A stretch of DNA of 53,383 nucleotides from Octopus bimaculoides (taxonomy: Eukaryota): positions 40,186,784 to 40,240,166 of the forward strand of contig NC_068996.1 of the NCBI RefSeq assembly GCF_001194135.2, read 5' to 3'. Position 1 is the first letter of the stretch. Each line of letters opens with the position of its first letter. A program made the position numbers and the translations under genes. This document shows, piece after piece, positions 12,002 to 23,924 of the stretch. Below the pieces are notes generated by a model. The model was not told where the DNA came from, ran no database searches, and saw nothing but the letters and a program-made list of their open reading frames with translations.

Positions 12002-12603
12002 ATATATATATATAAATAAATGTATGTATGTATGTAAATAATGTGTGTTTGTTTCTATCTGCACTGGCTTAAACAAAAATCATGATGTTGAAGTAGTGTT
12101 GACGTTGCACTTCTGTCAATAAATCATCTACTCACATTGTACTGTTAAAGCTATATGAAACAGAAGATTTGAAAACAGGCAACGGTTAGTGTCAGGAAAG
12201 GCTTCTGGCTATAAAACAACATGTCAATAACATACCTAACTATCTAATCCACATTTTCATGGAGGAACGGACGTAAAAACAAGCAAATGAACAAGCGATC
12301 ACGAGTAATTCTAATTTTGAGATTTCCGAGTTGTCTCCCCTCCTTTATCCTTGCATTAAGGTTCTACTCTCTCTCTCTCTCACTCTAGCGGGTTTCTTGA
12401 CTGACAGAACACTTTTTGCTTTACTACATTAACGCTTTACCTTACTGACCCCGTTTTGCACCATATTTTCTTTTGTGCGTTTTTTTTTTTCATTTTATTA
12501 TTTTTTTATATTTAAAGATTATCTAACCTTACATATCTTTCTAGTTCACTATGTATATTACCATTCTGCAAACATCATGATCCACCAGGACTTTTGACTA
12601 GTA

Positions 12604-13074
12604 CAATGGTTCTCAACCTGAGTCCATATGGTCCCTGAGGGTCCATATAAGATTTTGGTGGGATCCACACAACAAAATAGTAAATTGGGGATCTACAATA
12701 ATATTTTAAGGGGCCCTGAAAATTTTTTGATTTTAGATGTATGTATTGCAAGAAACGGATAGGTTTCTTTCTTATAGGAATTTTGAAAAGAGTTTCTTGT
12801 AAAGTCAGTTTTTAAACAGTGAGTAGCTTTCGGGGTCCTCCAGAATAAAATGGTAATCAAAGGGGTCCACAGATAAAAAAAAAAAAAAATGAATCCCTGC
12901 TTTAGATGCATGTATTACAAGAAACAGCTTGGATTCTTTCTCTAACATTTTACTTAGTTCAGCCTACACAAGGGAATGCGTGAAAAACAAAATAGGAATT
13001 TTGAAAGGAGTTTTTCTAAAACAAGTTTTTAAACATCAAGGGGCCTATAGATTAAAAATGGTTGAGAACCCCTG
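12604..13074. mobile_element. hAT (Charlie-like) MITE
   Basis: TIRs CAATGGTTCTCAACC...GGTTGAGAACCCCTG, degenerate 8-bp TSD gactagta/aactagtt, and an internal direct duplication. Confidence 0.75.
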
Positions 13075-13214
13075 AACTAGTTTGATTACTGAAATGTTCA
13101 GATATTCTTCATGAGGACACTACTTGAACTGGACTATACTATCGCATTGATTTAAAGGATGGCTATCACTGGTGTCTCCTATGTTATCTGTCATCAGTCG
13201 TTGCAACTATGGGT

Positions 13215-13690
13215 GTTCATGGCTTTGGTATGACTTGATCAGCTTTCTCCATACTGGTCAGTTTTTCGCTTGAGTTTGCTATTTATTATGATAAATTCCT
13301 TTCCATTTCACGTTCCTTTTTGTAGTATCTTCGAATCTCAGTCTAGGTCTTCCTTGGCTTCTTTTCCCCCTTTCATAGTTGACAGTAAAGGACTTGTCTG
13401 GGGAGTCTGTTTTTGTCCATCCTGTGTACGTGGCCCAACCAATGTAAATTTATACACGTATATATACACATTTAAACATATACACATATATTAATATCTG
13501 CAGTCAGACATCGTGACTTTGACCGTTGATGGCTTGATTAAGCTTTCACCATACTGGTCAGTTTTTCACTTGAGTTTGCCATTTATTATAATCAATTCCT
13601 TTCTGCTTCACATACCTTTTTGCTGATTCTTTGAATACCAATCTAAGTCTTCCATAGTTCTGTTACAAGTATTCAGGTTAGATCTCCATT
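13215..13690 (-). mobile_element. Two diverged RTE-clade ORF 3'-end fragments in tandem
   Basis: The - strand gives WLGHVHRMDKNRLP../RQVLYCQL*KGKRSQGRPRLRFEDTTKRNVK, and a second copy YGRLRLVFKESAKRYVKQKGIDYNKWQ. Confidence 0.75.
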
Positions 13691-14124
13691 TTGAAGATAA
13701 CTTTCTCCATTCCTCCAACCCATTTTGGAGGCACACCGTAAAGAAAAAAATAAAGCCAACAAATATCATGTATTTTCTTTTTGGCAAAGCAGTAAAAAAA
13801 AAAATGGGTTCAGTGGGATTATTTGAAGAAAAGTGGAAATAGTTACATTGATGCGTTTAAGAGGTTTAGCACACATATACATACACACATGTATGTGTGT
13901 GTGTGTGCGTGGGTGTGTTTGTTCCCTATCACCACATGACATCCAGTGTTTGTTTGTCTACATCCCCATAACTTGGTGGTTTGGCAAAACGGACTGATAG
14001 AATAAGAACCAAACATTAAAAAAATAACTATTTGAGTTGATTTGTTTGACTAAAGCAGACCATGGAAGCACCCCAGCATGGCTGCAGTAAAAGAGTAAGA
14101 GGCAAAAAAAAAATAACCGTGTTT

Positions 14125-14476
14125 ACCGAATCATCCGACCCATGCTAACTGTAAAATTACATGTGTGTATGTATGTGTGTGTGTGTGTATATATATATAG
14201 CCTAACTGGCACTTGTACCGGTGGCATGTGAACAAAACATTGGACTGACTTCTGTGCAGGTGGCACATAAAAAATACCATTTGAGCTTGCCCATTGCCAG
14301 TACCGCTAGACTGACCCTCGTGCTGGTGGCACATAAAAAGCACCCACTACACTCTTGGAGTGGTTGGCATTAGGAAGGGCATCCAGCTGTAGAAATCAGA
14401 TTGGAGTCTGGTGTAGTTATCTGGTTCGTCCAACCCATGCAAGCATGGAAAGCGGACGTTAAATGATGATGATGAT
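14125..14476 (+). mobile_element. RTE 3' UTR fragment with (TGA)n tail
   Basis: cacccactacactcttggagtggttggcattaggaagggcatccagctgtagaa...gcggacgttaaatgatgatgat. Confidence 0.7.
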
Positions 14477-14566
14477 ATATATATATATCGTAAATATGAG
14501 GGTAATAAATTACATTCGATTTTTTCCCTCCATCTTCCTTTTCTTTTGGACCTTCCTCCGTCTCCT

Positions 14567-14601
14567 GTTTCTGACAAAGAGCTTTGCTTGAAACATAAAA
14601 A
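14567..14601 (+). ncRNA. Degenerate minimal type I hammerhead ribozyme motif, probably in a Penelope-like pLTR remnant (about 14490-14690)
   Basis: GTTT CTGACAA AGAGC-TTT-GCTT GAAA CA TA AAAC: stem I gttt/aaac, stem II, and the core. Three CpG-type changes separate it from the canonical motif. Confidence 0.6.
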
Positions 14602-14739
14602 CTACCTTTCTTTCTTTCCCTGAGCGTCTGCTAATACTTTGCATGTACCACGTCCTCACGTTTTTTTCTTGTGTTTGTTCTTCATTTTTTTTGGATTTAC
14701 TATACATATATATATATATATATAAATATTCTTTTATTC

Positions 14740-15092
14740 TTTTACTTGTTTCAATCATCTGGCTGCAACCATGCTGGAGCACCGCCTTCAAGGGTTTTAG
14801 TCGAACAAATTGACCCCAGAACTTATTTCTTGAATCTAGTTCTTATTCTGTCGCTCTCTTTTGCCAAACCGCTAAATTATGGGTGACGTAAATACATCAA
14901 TACCTGTTGTCAAATGGTGATGAGGGCACAAACAGACATACACATACATGCACAGATATATGTATGATGGGCTTCTTTCAGTTTCCTTCTACCAAATCCA
15001 TAGAAGACACTTGCCCAAGATGCCATACAGTAGTACTGAACCTAGAATTGAACCATGTGGTTGGGAAGCAAGTTTCTTACCACACAGCCACC
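14740..15092 (-). mobile_element. SINE family A (internally deleted)
   Basis: Reverse complement of the 3551-3969 family. Confidence 0.75.
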
Positions 15093-15326
15093 TATACATG
15101 TATATTTTAAACAAGTTTTGTTGTGTAAGGCCAGAACAATGCAAAAAAAGTACAAAGTAAACTACAAAAAGAAAAAAAAACTGTTTCAATTTTACCTTGT
15201 ATTTCTGTATTTTGGGGTTATGACCTCTTCTTCAGGACATTTGATATATGTGTATGTATGTATGTATGTGTATGTGTTTACAGATATTAATACCATTTGA
15301 TTTTATTTCTTCTCATTTATTTTTAG

Positions 15327-15507
15327 GTATGAGAATGGCTTTGGCTGATTCTGGTGATTTCATTGAAGACGCCAATTTTGTTGAGAAAATTGCCGATAGT
15401 GGTTTGTTGAGGCTCCATTCCTACTTAGAATGGGTCAAAGAAATGGTTCCTCTCCTAAACAGCATGAGAAATGGTCCTTATAATTTTAATGATAAAGTTT
15501 TCATAAA
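15327..15507 (+). CDS. LARS1: LeuRS exon 5 in window (phase 1 to 2)
   Basis: ttttag|GT...AA|gtaaga. [59 protein letters not shown]. Confidence 0.97.
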
Positions 15508-16396
15508 GTAAGATTTAATTTATTCTTACCACTCATTATTAGTTTAGGCATTTAAGTTCTTGTTTATTTTATTTCTGGTGGTGTAGCCATAATGCTGCCN
15601 NNNNNNNNNCTTGTCCACCTATCCCCCATCTCAACCCCTCACCTCCATCACCCCTCTCCATCTCCACCCCACCCCTCTCCATCTCCACCACTCTCCATCT
15701 CCTCCACCACTCCTCTCCCTTCCCCACCACCCTCCTCCTCCTCATCATCATGGGGTGAAGTGGTGAGAAAAAGATCTCCAGACTTTGGGCCACATAGAGA
15801 GGATGACTTCTGGTAGTTTGCAGTGCTTGAGATGACATGTCAAGCTAAGTAAAAACGTGGTTGTCCTTGCAAACAAATATATACCCTACATCACTTTTCA
15901 GCTGAGCGATCCTAATCTTGTGGGCCCATGGGTGCTGGTGCAATGCAAAAAGAATGTGTGCCAGTGCCAATAAAACATCCATTCAAGTGCTGCGTAAAAG
16001 CACACAGTACACCCTGTAATGTGGTTAGTGTTATGAAGGGCATCCAGCTGTTTTTTTGAAGCCAGATGCTCTTCCTGATGCCAATCCTCACCTGTTTCCA
16101 TTGTGAGGTAAATGCTAATTCAGGAAAGGGCCTGTCTTAATTGGGGTGTGTTTTATATGCCTGTGCACCTTTATAAGCAAACCTATATAAGTGAGTCTTA
16201 TAAAGATAAGTTCCAAATTTGGGTTACTCACAAGCACTGGTTCAAGAAAGAGGCCTGTCTAACATGTGGTGTGTCTTGTAAATTTGTGTGCCTTTATAAG
16301 TCATCAAATACAGTAAATTTTCAAAAGTTTGACAATGAAGAACCTTTTATTCTTTTAAATTATAAAAAAATGAATTTTTGTTTTTCTTTTCTTTAG

Positions 16397-16487
16397 TGAA
16401 ATGAATAAGAAACTCCAAGAAACAGAGAGCAGCTTTGAAAAGATGTTATATAAAGAAGCATTGAAAACAGGATTTTATGAATATCAG
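16397..16487 (+). CDS. LARS1: LeuRS exon 6 in window (phase 2 to 0)
   Basis: ctttag|T...CAG|gtttaa. (N)EMNKKLQETESSFEKMLYKEALKTGFYEYQ carries the conserved KEALKTGF motif. Not in the ORF track. Confidence 0.95.
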
Positions 16488-16619
16488 GTTTAATTAAAAG
16501 TTTCAGTTTTAATTTTAATACTCTATGTATTGTTTTGAAATCCATTATTCCAAACTAGAATATGTAGGTTGTTTTTTTTTCTTCTGTAAATTAAAACATT
16601 TGTGTATCTTTTAGTACAT

Positions 16620-16830
16620 ATGTGGCTGTTGCCAGTACCTCCTGATTGGCCTTCGTGCTGGTGGCACGTAAAAGCACCCACTACACTCTCTGAGTTAGGA
16701 AGGGCATCCAGCTGTAGAAACTCTGCCAAATCAGATTGGAGCCTGGTGTAGCCATTTGGTTTCACCAGTCCTCAGTCAAATCGTCCAACCCATGCCTGCT
16801 TGAAAAGCAGACGTTTAACGATGACGCCAC
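16620..16830 (+). mobile_element. RTE 3' UTR fragment
   Basis: Same 3' UTR as 14340-14476 and 27662-27900. Confidence 0.7.
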
Positions 16831-17109
16831 CATCGATACTGTACAGCTGGAGATGCTTATTGCAATTAACAACTTGAGTATGAAATAGAATTTAACTCTA
16901 TTCTCATCCAGACTGACTGACCCAGCCATTATTATGCTATCTCTTCTGTCTCTTGAACCACTACAATGGCTTCTTAGATTCCATAGTCAAGCAATTTAAT
17001 TTCTCGGATGTTGTTTATAAAAACTAAACCAAAAAAAAAAAAAAATGGAAATGACGGTCCACTGCCTTAGTGTAGTAGTAATATCATAAACTATTACAAG
17101 AGCTGTAGA

Positions 17110-17285
17110 GATATCATGGAAAGGAGCAGATTTGAAAGTGCCAAACTAATGGACCTTGATAGTATTTCAGAGATTTTTTAGCAAAGTTAGTTCTGGATTA
17201 GAGAGAACTTGAATAAGAAGCATCTTGGTTTAGTGTCAGATCATGGAATCACAGACATCATATTTCTAATGAGGCAAATTCAAAC
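17110..17285 (+). mobile_element. Decayed RTE reverse-transcriptase fragment
   Basis: KHLGLVSDHGITDIIFLMRQIQ resembles the RTE QFGF.PGRGTTDAIF.LRQ.QE motif. In-frame stops are present. Confidence 0.5.
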
Positions 17286-17329
17286 ATTTTTTTGATTTAA
17301 TAACAAATCGTTCTACTTTACATTTACTG

Positions 17330-17672
17330 GAGCACCGCCTTTTATAGTCGAGCAAATCAACCCCAGGGCTTATTCTTTGTAAGCCTAGTACTTATTCTAT
17401 CGGTCTCTTTTGCCGAACCACCAAGTTACGGGGACGCAAACACACCAGCATCGATTTTCAAGCGATGCTGGGGGGACAAACAGACACCCACACATACATA
17501 CATATATATATATGGCTTCTTCCAATTTCTGTCTTCCAAATTCACTCATAAGGCTTTGGTCGGCCCGAGGCTATAGTAGAAGACACTTACTCAAGGTGCC
17601 ACGCAGTGGGACTGAACCCAGGACCATGTGGTTGGTAAGCAAGCTACTTACCACACAGCCACTCCTGCGCCT
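17330..17672 (-). mobile_element. SINE family A
   Basis: Reverse complement of the family A consensus. Confidence 0.8.
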
Positions 17673-19417
17673 ATTTGTTGATGTGGAGTAAACCTTCGAC
17701 ATTCCTAACCCAGAAACTTGTCCAAAGACATAGAACGTTGACATGTCACATACTGAACTATCAGTAAGGCTTTGAAATCCTAGAGCCATCTGGGAAATGC
17801 CTTGTTAATATACATATTGGTTTCAAATTTTGGCACAAGGTCAACAGTTGTGGGGGGAAAAAGTGAAAATCAATTACATCAACCCCAGAACTCAACTGTT
17901 ATTTATTTTATCAACTCTGAAAGGATGAAAGACAAAGGTGACCTTGGCAGTATTTGAACTCTGAACATAAAGATAGATGAAGTGTTGCAAAGCATTTTAC
18001 CAGGAGTGCTAATGATTTTGTCAGCCTGCCGCCTTAAACTGTTAATGTGTATTATATTGTATGGTACAATCTTAATCGATCACTACTGCGTGAAATGATT
18101 GTATCCTCTCATTAGCTCTGACAAAGACTAGTAAGAGCAACAATTCAATTAAAATGGATTGACAATAATCCTCATCATCATTTAACATCTGCTTTCCATG
18201 GGTTAGACAGTTAGACTGGGACTAGTAAGCTGGAGAGCTGTACTAAGTTCCAGTCTGTTTTCGGTTGGTTTCTATCACTGGATGTCCTTCCTAATGCCAA
18301 CCACTCCAAGAATGTAAGGCTTGCATTTTATGTGCCACCGGCATGGGTGCTTTTGTGTGTCAGTTACGTGTCACTGGCATCAGCCATAACTATTATTTCA
18401 CTTGGCTTGACAAGGCTTCTCAAGCACTGTTTATTGGCAAAGGCCTTGGCCACTTGTCATCGTCTCCAGTTGATGTTCATGGCATAAAAATATTTTGTTT
18501 CTCACAGGTGGAAGTTACATGAGTTGTAAGATAGACTAAAAGAGATGCTTAGGACATTTGGTTTGAGAGGTTTGGGAAATCAATTTGAGAGAATATCATT
18601 AAGACTCCTAAATGAGATGAAACCTGATATTTTCCTTGTTTCAATGTGAGTTCAAGGCTTGCAATAGTGTGAAACTCCACTGAAGTGTGGACTCTACCAG
18701 CAGGTGTTAAACTGGGTGATAGATTAAACTTATTATTCGAGTGTTGTATAGTGAAACTGTACACTCCTCCCAGTAAAAAGTGGTAGTAGCCAGCCATTAT
18801 AAATAGGCCAGTAGCCAGTCAACAGGAAGAAGGTGAGAAGGTCAAGAGTATGTGTAGACTGTGTTGATAGTCGTGTCTGTGCTGATATAGTAATTCTACT
18901 GTGATACTGAGTGGGTGTTATAACAATCCAAGCTTTTGAGGATAATAACACTGTATGACTGGGGGTCATACAGTGCCAGATAACTTTGAAAGATAACAAC
19001 CATCATCAAAAAACAGATACAACAGTGGCAAAAGACCACTTTACAAAATCAAGATAAAAAAAATAAAAAAATTAGTCTTCCTAATGGATTCCACATAGTT
19101 TCCGTCTGCCAAATTTCACTGAGAAAAGATTGGGCCAGTCTGAAGGTTGAGTAGAGGAGAATCTTGTTTAAAATGCTGTACTGAAAGCATGTAGTTGTGA
19201 AGTTGATCTCTCAACCATGTAGCCATGCCAGATTTAAGATTTATGTGAAATGCTATATTGTTGATCAATCCAAACCATAGCAACATGATAAAAAGGGCCA
19301 TTATAGTGTTGGCGGCGGTGGCGGCAGCAGTAGTGATGATGATTATGATGTTGATGATTTTATGCCTCTATACAAGGTGTTTAGGTGTCCAATAATTACC
19401 TTTATAATTTGAAATAT

Positions 19418-19455
<38 letters not shown>

Positions 19456-19577
19456 AAAAAGCAAGGATAACTCTGCAGGTTGCGTGCGACCAATGGAATC
19501 CATGTGGAAGTGTTCTGATGTTTCTAATAAAACTATTTGTTTGCTTATATTTTCCAATAAACTCTGCTGAATTTTAG

Positions 19578-19971
19578 TCTTTACTCTTTTACTTGTTTCA
19601 GTCATTTGACTGCGGCCATGCTGGAGCAGTGCCTTTAGTCGAGCAAATTGACCGCAGGACTTATTCTTTGTAAGCCTAGTACTTATTCTATCGGTCTCTT
19701 TTGCCAAACCGCGAAGTGACGGGGGACATAAACGCACCAGCATCGGTTGTCAAGCGATGCTGGGGGGGGGGGGAACAAACATATACACGCACACATACAT
19801 ATATATACATACATATATGCGATGGGCCTCTTTCAATTTCCGTCTACCAAATCCACTCACAAGGCTTTGGTCGGCCCAAGTCTATAGTAGAAGACACTTG
19901 CCCAAGGTGCCCTGAACCCGGAACCATGTGGTTGGGAAGCAGGGTACTTACCACACAGCCACTCCTGTGCC
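19578..19971 (-). mobile_element. SINE family A, near full length
   Basis: Reverse complement of family A, including the GAGTAAA tail. Confidence 0.85.
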
Positions 19972-20101
19972 TTATTTTTTTTTTCTTTTTTGTTTTCTGA
20001 ATATTTTTTTCAAATTGTAATGGTAATTTATGGTAATTATGAACATTTTGTTTTCATTAATGCTTTTGTAATTAATTATATGTTTGTTGTTGTCATTGTA
20101 G

Positions 20102-20242
20102 GCATTAAGAGACAACTACCGTGAAATGGCAATGGATGGTATACATCAAAGTCTTGTAAAACGGTTCATCGAAACTCAAACTTTAATCTTATCTCCAATT
20201 TGCCCTCATCTTTGTGACCACATTTGGCAAATTCTGGGTCAT
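20102..20242 (+). CDS. LARS1: LeuRS exon 7 in window (phase 0 to 0), anticodon-binding domain
   Basis: tgtag|GCA...CAT|gtgagt. [47 protein letters not shown]. Confidence 0.96.
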
Positions 20243-20424
20243 GTGAGTATTAATAATTCTTCATGTGTTTATGTAAAAGTGTGTGTGAACAATAATTGGA
20301 ATTATCAAGTAATAATAATAAGAAAAATCCTTTCTATTAAAGGCACAAGGCCTGAAATTTTGGGGAAGGGACAAGTTGATTACATCAACCCCAGTATTTC
20401 ACTGCCATATTCTCAATCACAGCC

Positions 20425-20660
20425 ATGATGGCAGTAGTCAGTCTCCAACAGAGTTCCATATTTGCTAGCTTGTTGATGCCAATCTTCTCTGCTTTTTGCT
20501 GGTTAGGGTCTCTCCGAGGCAGAGTAATCCTGAGTCTGATTTGATTCCTCATGAGGTAGTGGTCAGTTGAGCATTCTGCAACCCAGTCTTCTGGGTAATG
20601 ATGTTGTCCAGTAGATGATAATGGCCAGACTGTGGATGTTTCCATGTGAAATAGTTCTTG
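20425..20660 (-). mobile_element. RTE-clade APE endonuclease fragment
   Basis: The - strand gives TWKHPQSGHYHLLDNIITQK../AECSTDHYLMRNQIRL...KIGINKL, matching RTE TW.HPRS..WHLIDY and ECWTDH motifs. Confidence 0.75.
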
Positions 20661-20864
20661 TATGTGTGTGTGTATATGGTAGATACTTAAATATGTTGCA
20701 ATTTTTGGACAGTAAGGCAACGACTACTAGTTTTGAATCTATACAAGGGTTTGGACTCTCTTAAGGCTTTGAGGTCAGTTCATGATATGAACTTTCAAAA
20801 TCAACTGGAAGTTGTTGCTTTCAAATCCAGAATTGTTATATTTTTATGTACCTATAACAAATTT

Positions 20865-21112
20865 GTGGAGGTGCGTGGCTTAGTGGTTAAGGTATCAGCA
20901 TCATGATTGTAAGATTGTGGTTTCGATTCCTGGACCGGGCGGCGCGTTGTGTTCTTGGGCAAAACACTTCATTTCACGTTGCTCCAGTCCACTCAGCTGG
21001 CAAAAATGAGTGACGCTGTGATAGACTGGCGTCCCGTCCAGCTGGGGAACACATACGCCATTGAAACCAGGAAACCTGGCTAGGCTTTAAAAGGGCGCAT
21101 TTATTTATCTTT
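20865..21112 (+). mobile_element. CORE-like tRNA SINE family B, tail A
   Basis: A box TGGCTTAGTGGT, B box GGTTTCGATTCC, CORE-like ttgtgttcttgggcaaaacactt. 12-bp TSD tataacaaattt at 20853-20864 and 21119-21130. Confidence 0.85.
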
Positions 21113-21283
21113 TTTTATTATAACAAATTTACCTCTATACTCCTGTGTAAAGGAGTACTCAAAATCACTAAATACGTTTCCTTCTCTTTTTTACAGGATT
21201 TTATATTTTTAAGAAACCATTGTTTGGAACTAATTTCATTATTATTATTATTATTATTATTATTTATTTTTCTTCATTCTCAG

Positions 21284-21421
21284 ACTACAAGTATCATGAA
21301 TGCTAGCTGGCCAACTTCAGATGTTGTCGATGAGTCTCTGTCCCTCTCTGCAGAATATCTAATTGAAGCTGTTCACAGTTTCCGTCTGAGGAAGAAAGGA
21401 ATATTGCTAAACAAATATACA
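21284..21421 (+). CDS. LARS1: LeuRS exon 8 in window (phase 0 to 0)
   Basis: ctcag|ACT...ACA|gtaagt. TTSIMNASWPTSDVVDESLSLSAEYLIEAVHSFRLRKKGILLNKYT contains the SIMNASWP motif. Confidence 0.95.
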
Positions 21422-21967
21422 GTAAGTTCACATCTTTGTTATTTCCTAAAGCTATTAATTCCTGGGGTTAAATAATAGTAACAGTCGTCCTAACCAGGAC
21501 TGCCACATTATTTATGTTGGCAAATAATCTTCACTCTAGAGTACTGTTACTGAATGTCTCTCATTCAGAGATTTAGAAATAGTAATTTCTGCATAAATGT
21601 TTGTTGGATTTCATGAAATCCAATGAACATTTATGCAGATATAACAGTTTAAAGGATAAACCTATTATAATGGATAATACTAAGTGGACTTTTCCTTTTT
21701 CTCTCTCTCTTTTTTTTTTTCTCTCTCTTTTTCTTTGTGATGTAATCTTGCGACTGAAAATGTTTGTGGCTGATGATAGCTTTAAACCATCCTTTATATC
21801 AACAATATATACTGATGTAATGACAGATTGTGTATAAAGCTTGAAACATGTGTACCACGCTATCCTTTGTGTTCTGTTTTCAATTTACGTTTAATATATT
21901 CTTTCACCTCTGCCACTATCTGGCATATAAAGGTGCTTACACTTATCAAGTATTACCTCTCTCTCTC

Positions 21968-21998
<31 letters not shown>

Positions 21999-22829
21999 AT
22001 ATAATATATACACGACGAGCTTCTTTCAGTTTCTGTCTACCAAATCCATTCACAAGGCTTTGGTCAGCCCAAGGCTATAGTAGAAGAAACTTTCCCAAGG
22101 TGCCATGTGGTTGGTAAGCAAGCTACTTACCACACAACCACTCATATTTTTTTTTAAGCCAAAGCATTGCAAATCATTGTGAAAATAATACAGACCCTTT
22201 AAGCCAAGTGAAATCGTAGTCGTTGCTGATGCAGGTGTCACCTAACTGGCAGCCATGCTGGTGGCATGTAAAAAGCGCCTGTTTTACTCTTGGAGTGGTT
22301 GGCATTAGGAAGAGCATCCAGCCATAGAAACTACATCAAATCAGACTGGAACTTGGTGTAACTCTCTAACTTATCAGTTTTAGTCAAACCATCTAACTCA
22401 TGCCAGCATGGAAAGCAGATGCTAAGTGATGATGATGACGATGATCAATGGATAGTACTATTACCTGGTATTTCAATATTTCAGGCATGGGACCCCTTCT
22501 TCAGGAAATTTTTGGATAAAAATTGTTATTCACCGATTTTTCAGTCCTTTAGCATTTAAACTGACCATATCTGGCCCAAATATTGCTCCCACACTACAGG
22601 ACAGCGAAATCAGTGAATAACAAGGGGACCTACCAAACTGTTCCTACCATACTTATTTTAATAAATTTAACCTAGTACATGCAATAGAAACATGATTAAA
22701 TTAAAATAGCCATCTATGTATCATACTCAATGTAAATTTACCATTGATAAGCTGATTACTGCAGTATTCATCCAGAGATAACATCTCTTATAGACATGGT
22801 GTGTTTTTAAACACATTATATATTAGAGA

Positions 22830-23148
22830 GTGAAGGCACATGGCTTAGTGGTTTGGGTATTTGGCTCAAGATCATAAGGTCATGTGTTCAATACCAGGCA
22901 GTGCATTGTGTCCTTGAGCAAGATGCTTTATTTCATGTTGCTCCAATCCACTCAGCTAGCAAAAATGAGTAGTACCTGTATTTCAAAAGGGCCAGCCTTG
23001 TCACATTCTATGCCATGCTGAATCTCCCTGAGAAGCATATTAAGGGTACACATGTTTGTGGAATGCACGTTAATTTCACAAGGAGGCTGTTTGGTCAACC
23101 AGATCAACTGGAATTCTTGTCGTTGTAACCAATGAAGTTCTAGTTATT
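22830..23148 (+). mobile_element. CORE-like SINE family B, tail B
   Basis: Same head as 20865 up to aaaaatgagt, then a different 3' region shared with 39990-40200 (-) and 49286-49535 (+). Confidence 0.75.
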
Positions 23149-23160
23149 GTTGTTATATGT

Positions 23161-23830
23161 GAAAGTCCATGGCTCAGTGGCTAGAGTGTTTAGCTCACAA
23201 TCATGAAGTAATGAGTTCAGTTCCTGGACTGGGCTGCATGTTGTGTTCTTGAGCAAGACACTTTATTTCACGTTATTCCAGTTCACTCAGCTGTAGAAAT
23301 GAGATGTGATGTCACTGGTGCCAAGCTGTATCAGCCTTTACCTTTTTCTTGGATAACATCGGAGACGTGGAAAGGAGAATCTGGTATGCATGGGTGACTG
23401 CTGGTCTTCCATAAACAACCTTGTCTGGATTTGTGCCTCGGAGGGGAACTTTCTAGTTGCAATCCCATGGTCAGTCATGACCGAAGGGGGTCTTTACCCA
23501 TTACTCTATGTGTATATAATGGCATGGAGAGGGGAGGCTGGTATGCATGGGCGACTGCTGGTATGCCTAGATGGCTGTTGGTCTTCCATAAACAACCTTG
23601 CCCAGACTTGTGCCTTGGAGGGGAACTTTCTAGGTGCAATCCCATGGTTATTCATGACCAAAGGAGGTCTTTACCCTATGTACATATAATGACATGGAGA
23701 GGGGAGGCTTGTGTGTATGGGCAACTGCTGGTCTTCCATAAACGAACTTGCCCAGACTTGTGCCTCAGAGGGGAACTTTCTAGGTGCAACCCCATGGTCC
23801 ATTCATGACCAGAGGTGAGGGTCTTTACCC
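23161..23830 (+). mobile_element. CORE-like SINE family B, tail C, with a triplicated ~135-bp 3' segment
   Basis: Family B head, then three copies at about 23369-23499, 23521-23676 and 23691-23830. Confidence 0.75.
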
Positions 23831-23924
23831 TTTTACCTTATTCTTATATATTGAAGGGATATGAAAATCATCCCAGCAGTGGTTAGAGAGAATGCTAGAT
23901 GCATTTCAGCCCCTACATTATATA

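Noticed and set aside
15610-15760. C-rich low-complexity tract (G-quadruplex potential on the - strand; Pro-rich ORF)
   Set aside because: Simple repeat adjacent to a gap with no evidence of function.
18680-18780. GVKLGDRLNLLF resembling the RT motif GV.QGD.LS.LLF
   Set aside because: A single weak motif with no other RT motif in frame.
20865-20940. tRNA-like heads with A and B boxes (also at 298, 3551 and 22830)
   Set aside because: They continue into SINE bodies and have TSDs, and I could not fold a complete cloverleaf, so they are not called tRNA genes.
23369-23830. Repeat-spacer-repeat pattern resembling CRISPR
   Set aside because: Eukaryotic context, repeats of about 135 bp derived from a SINE, related spacers and no cas genes.
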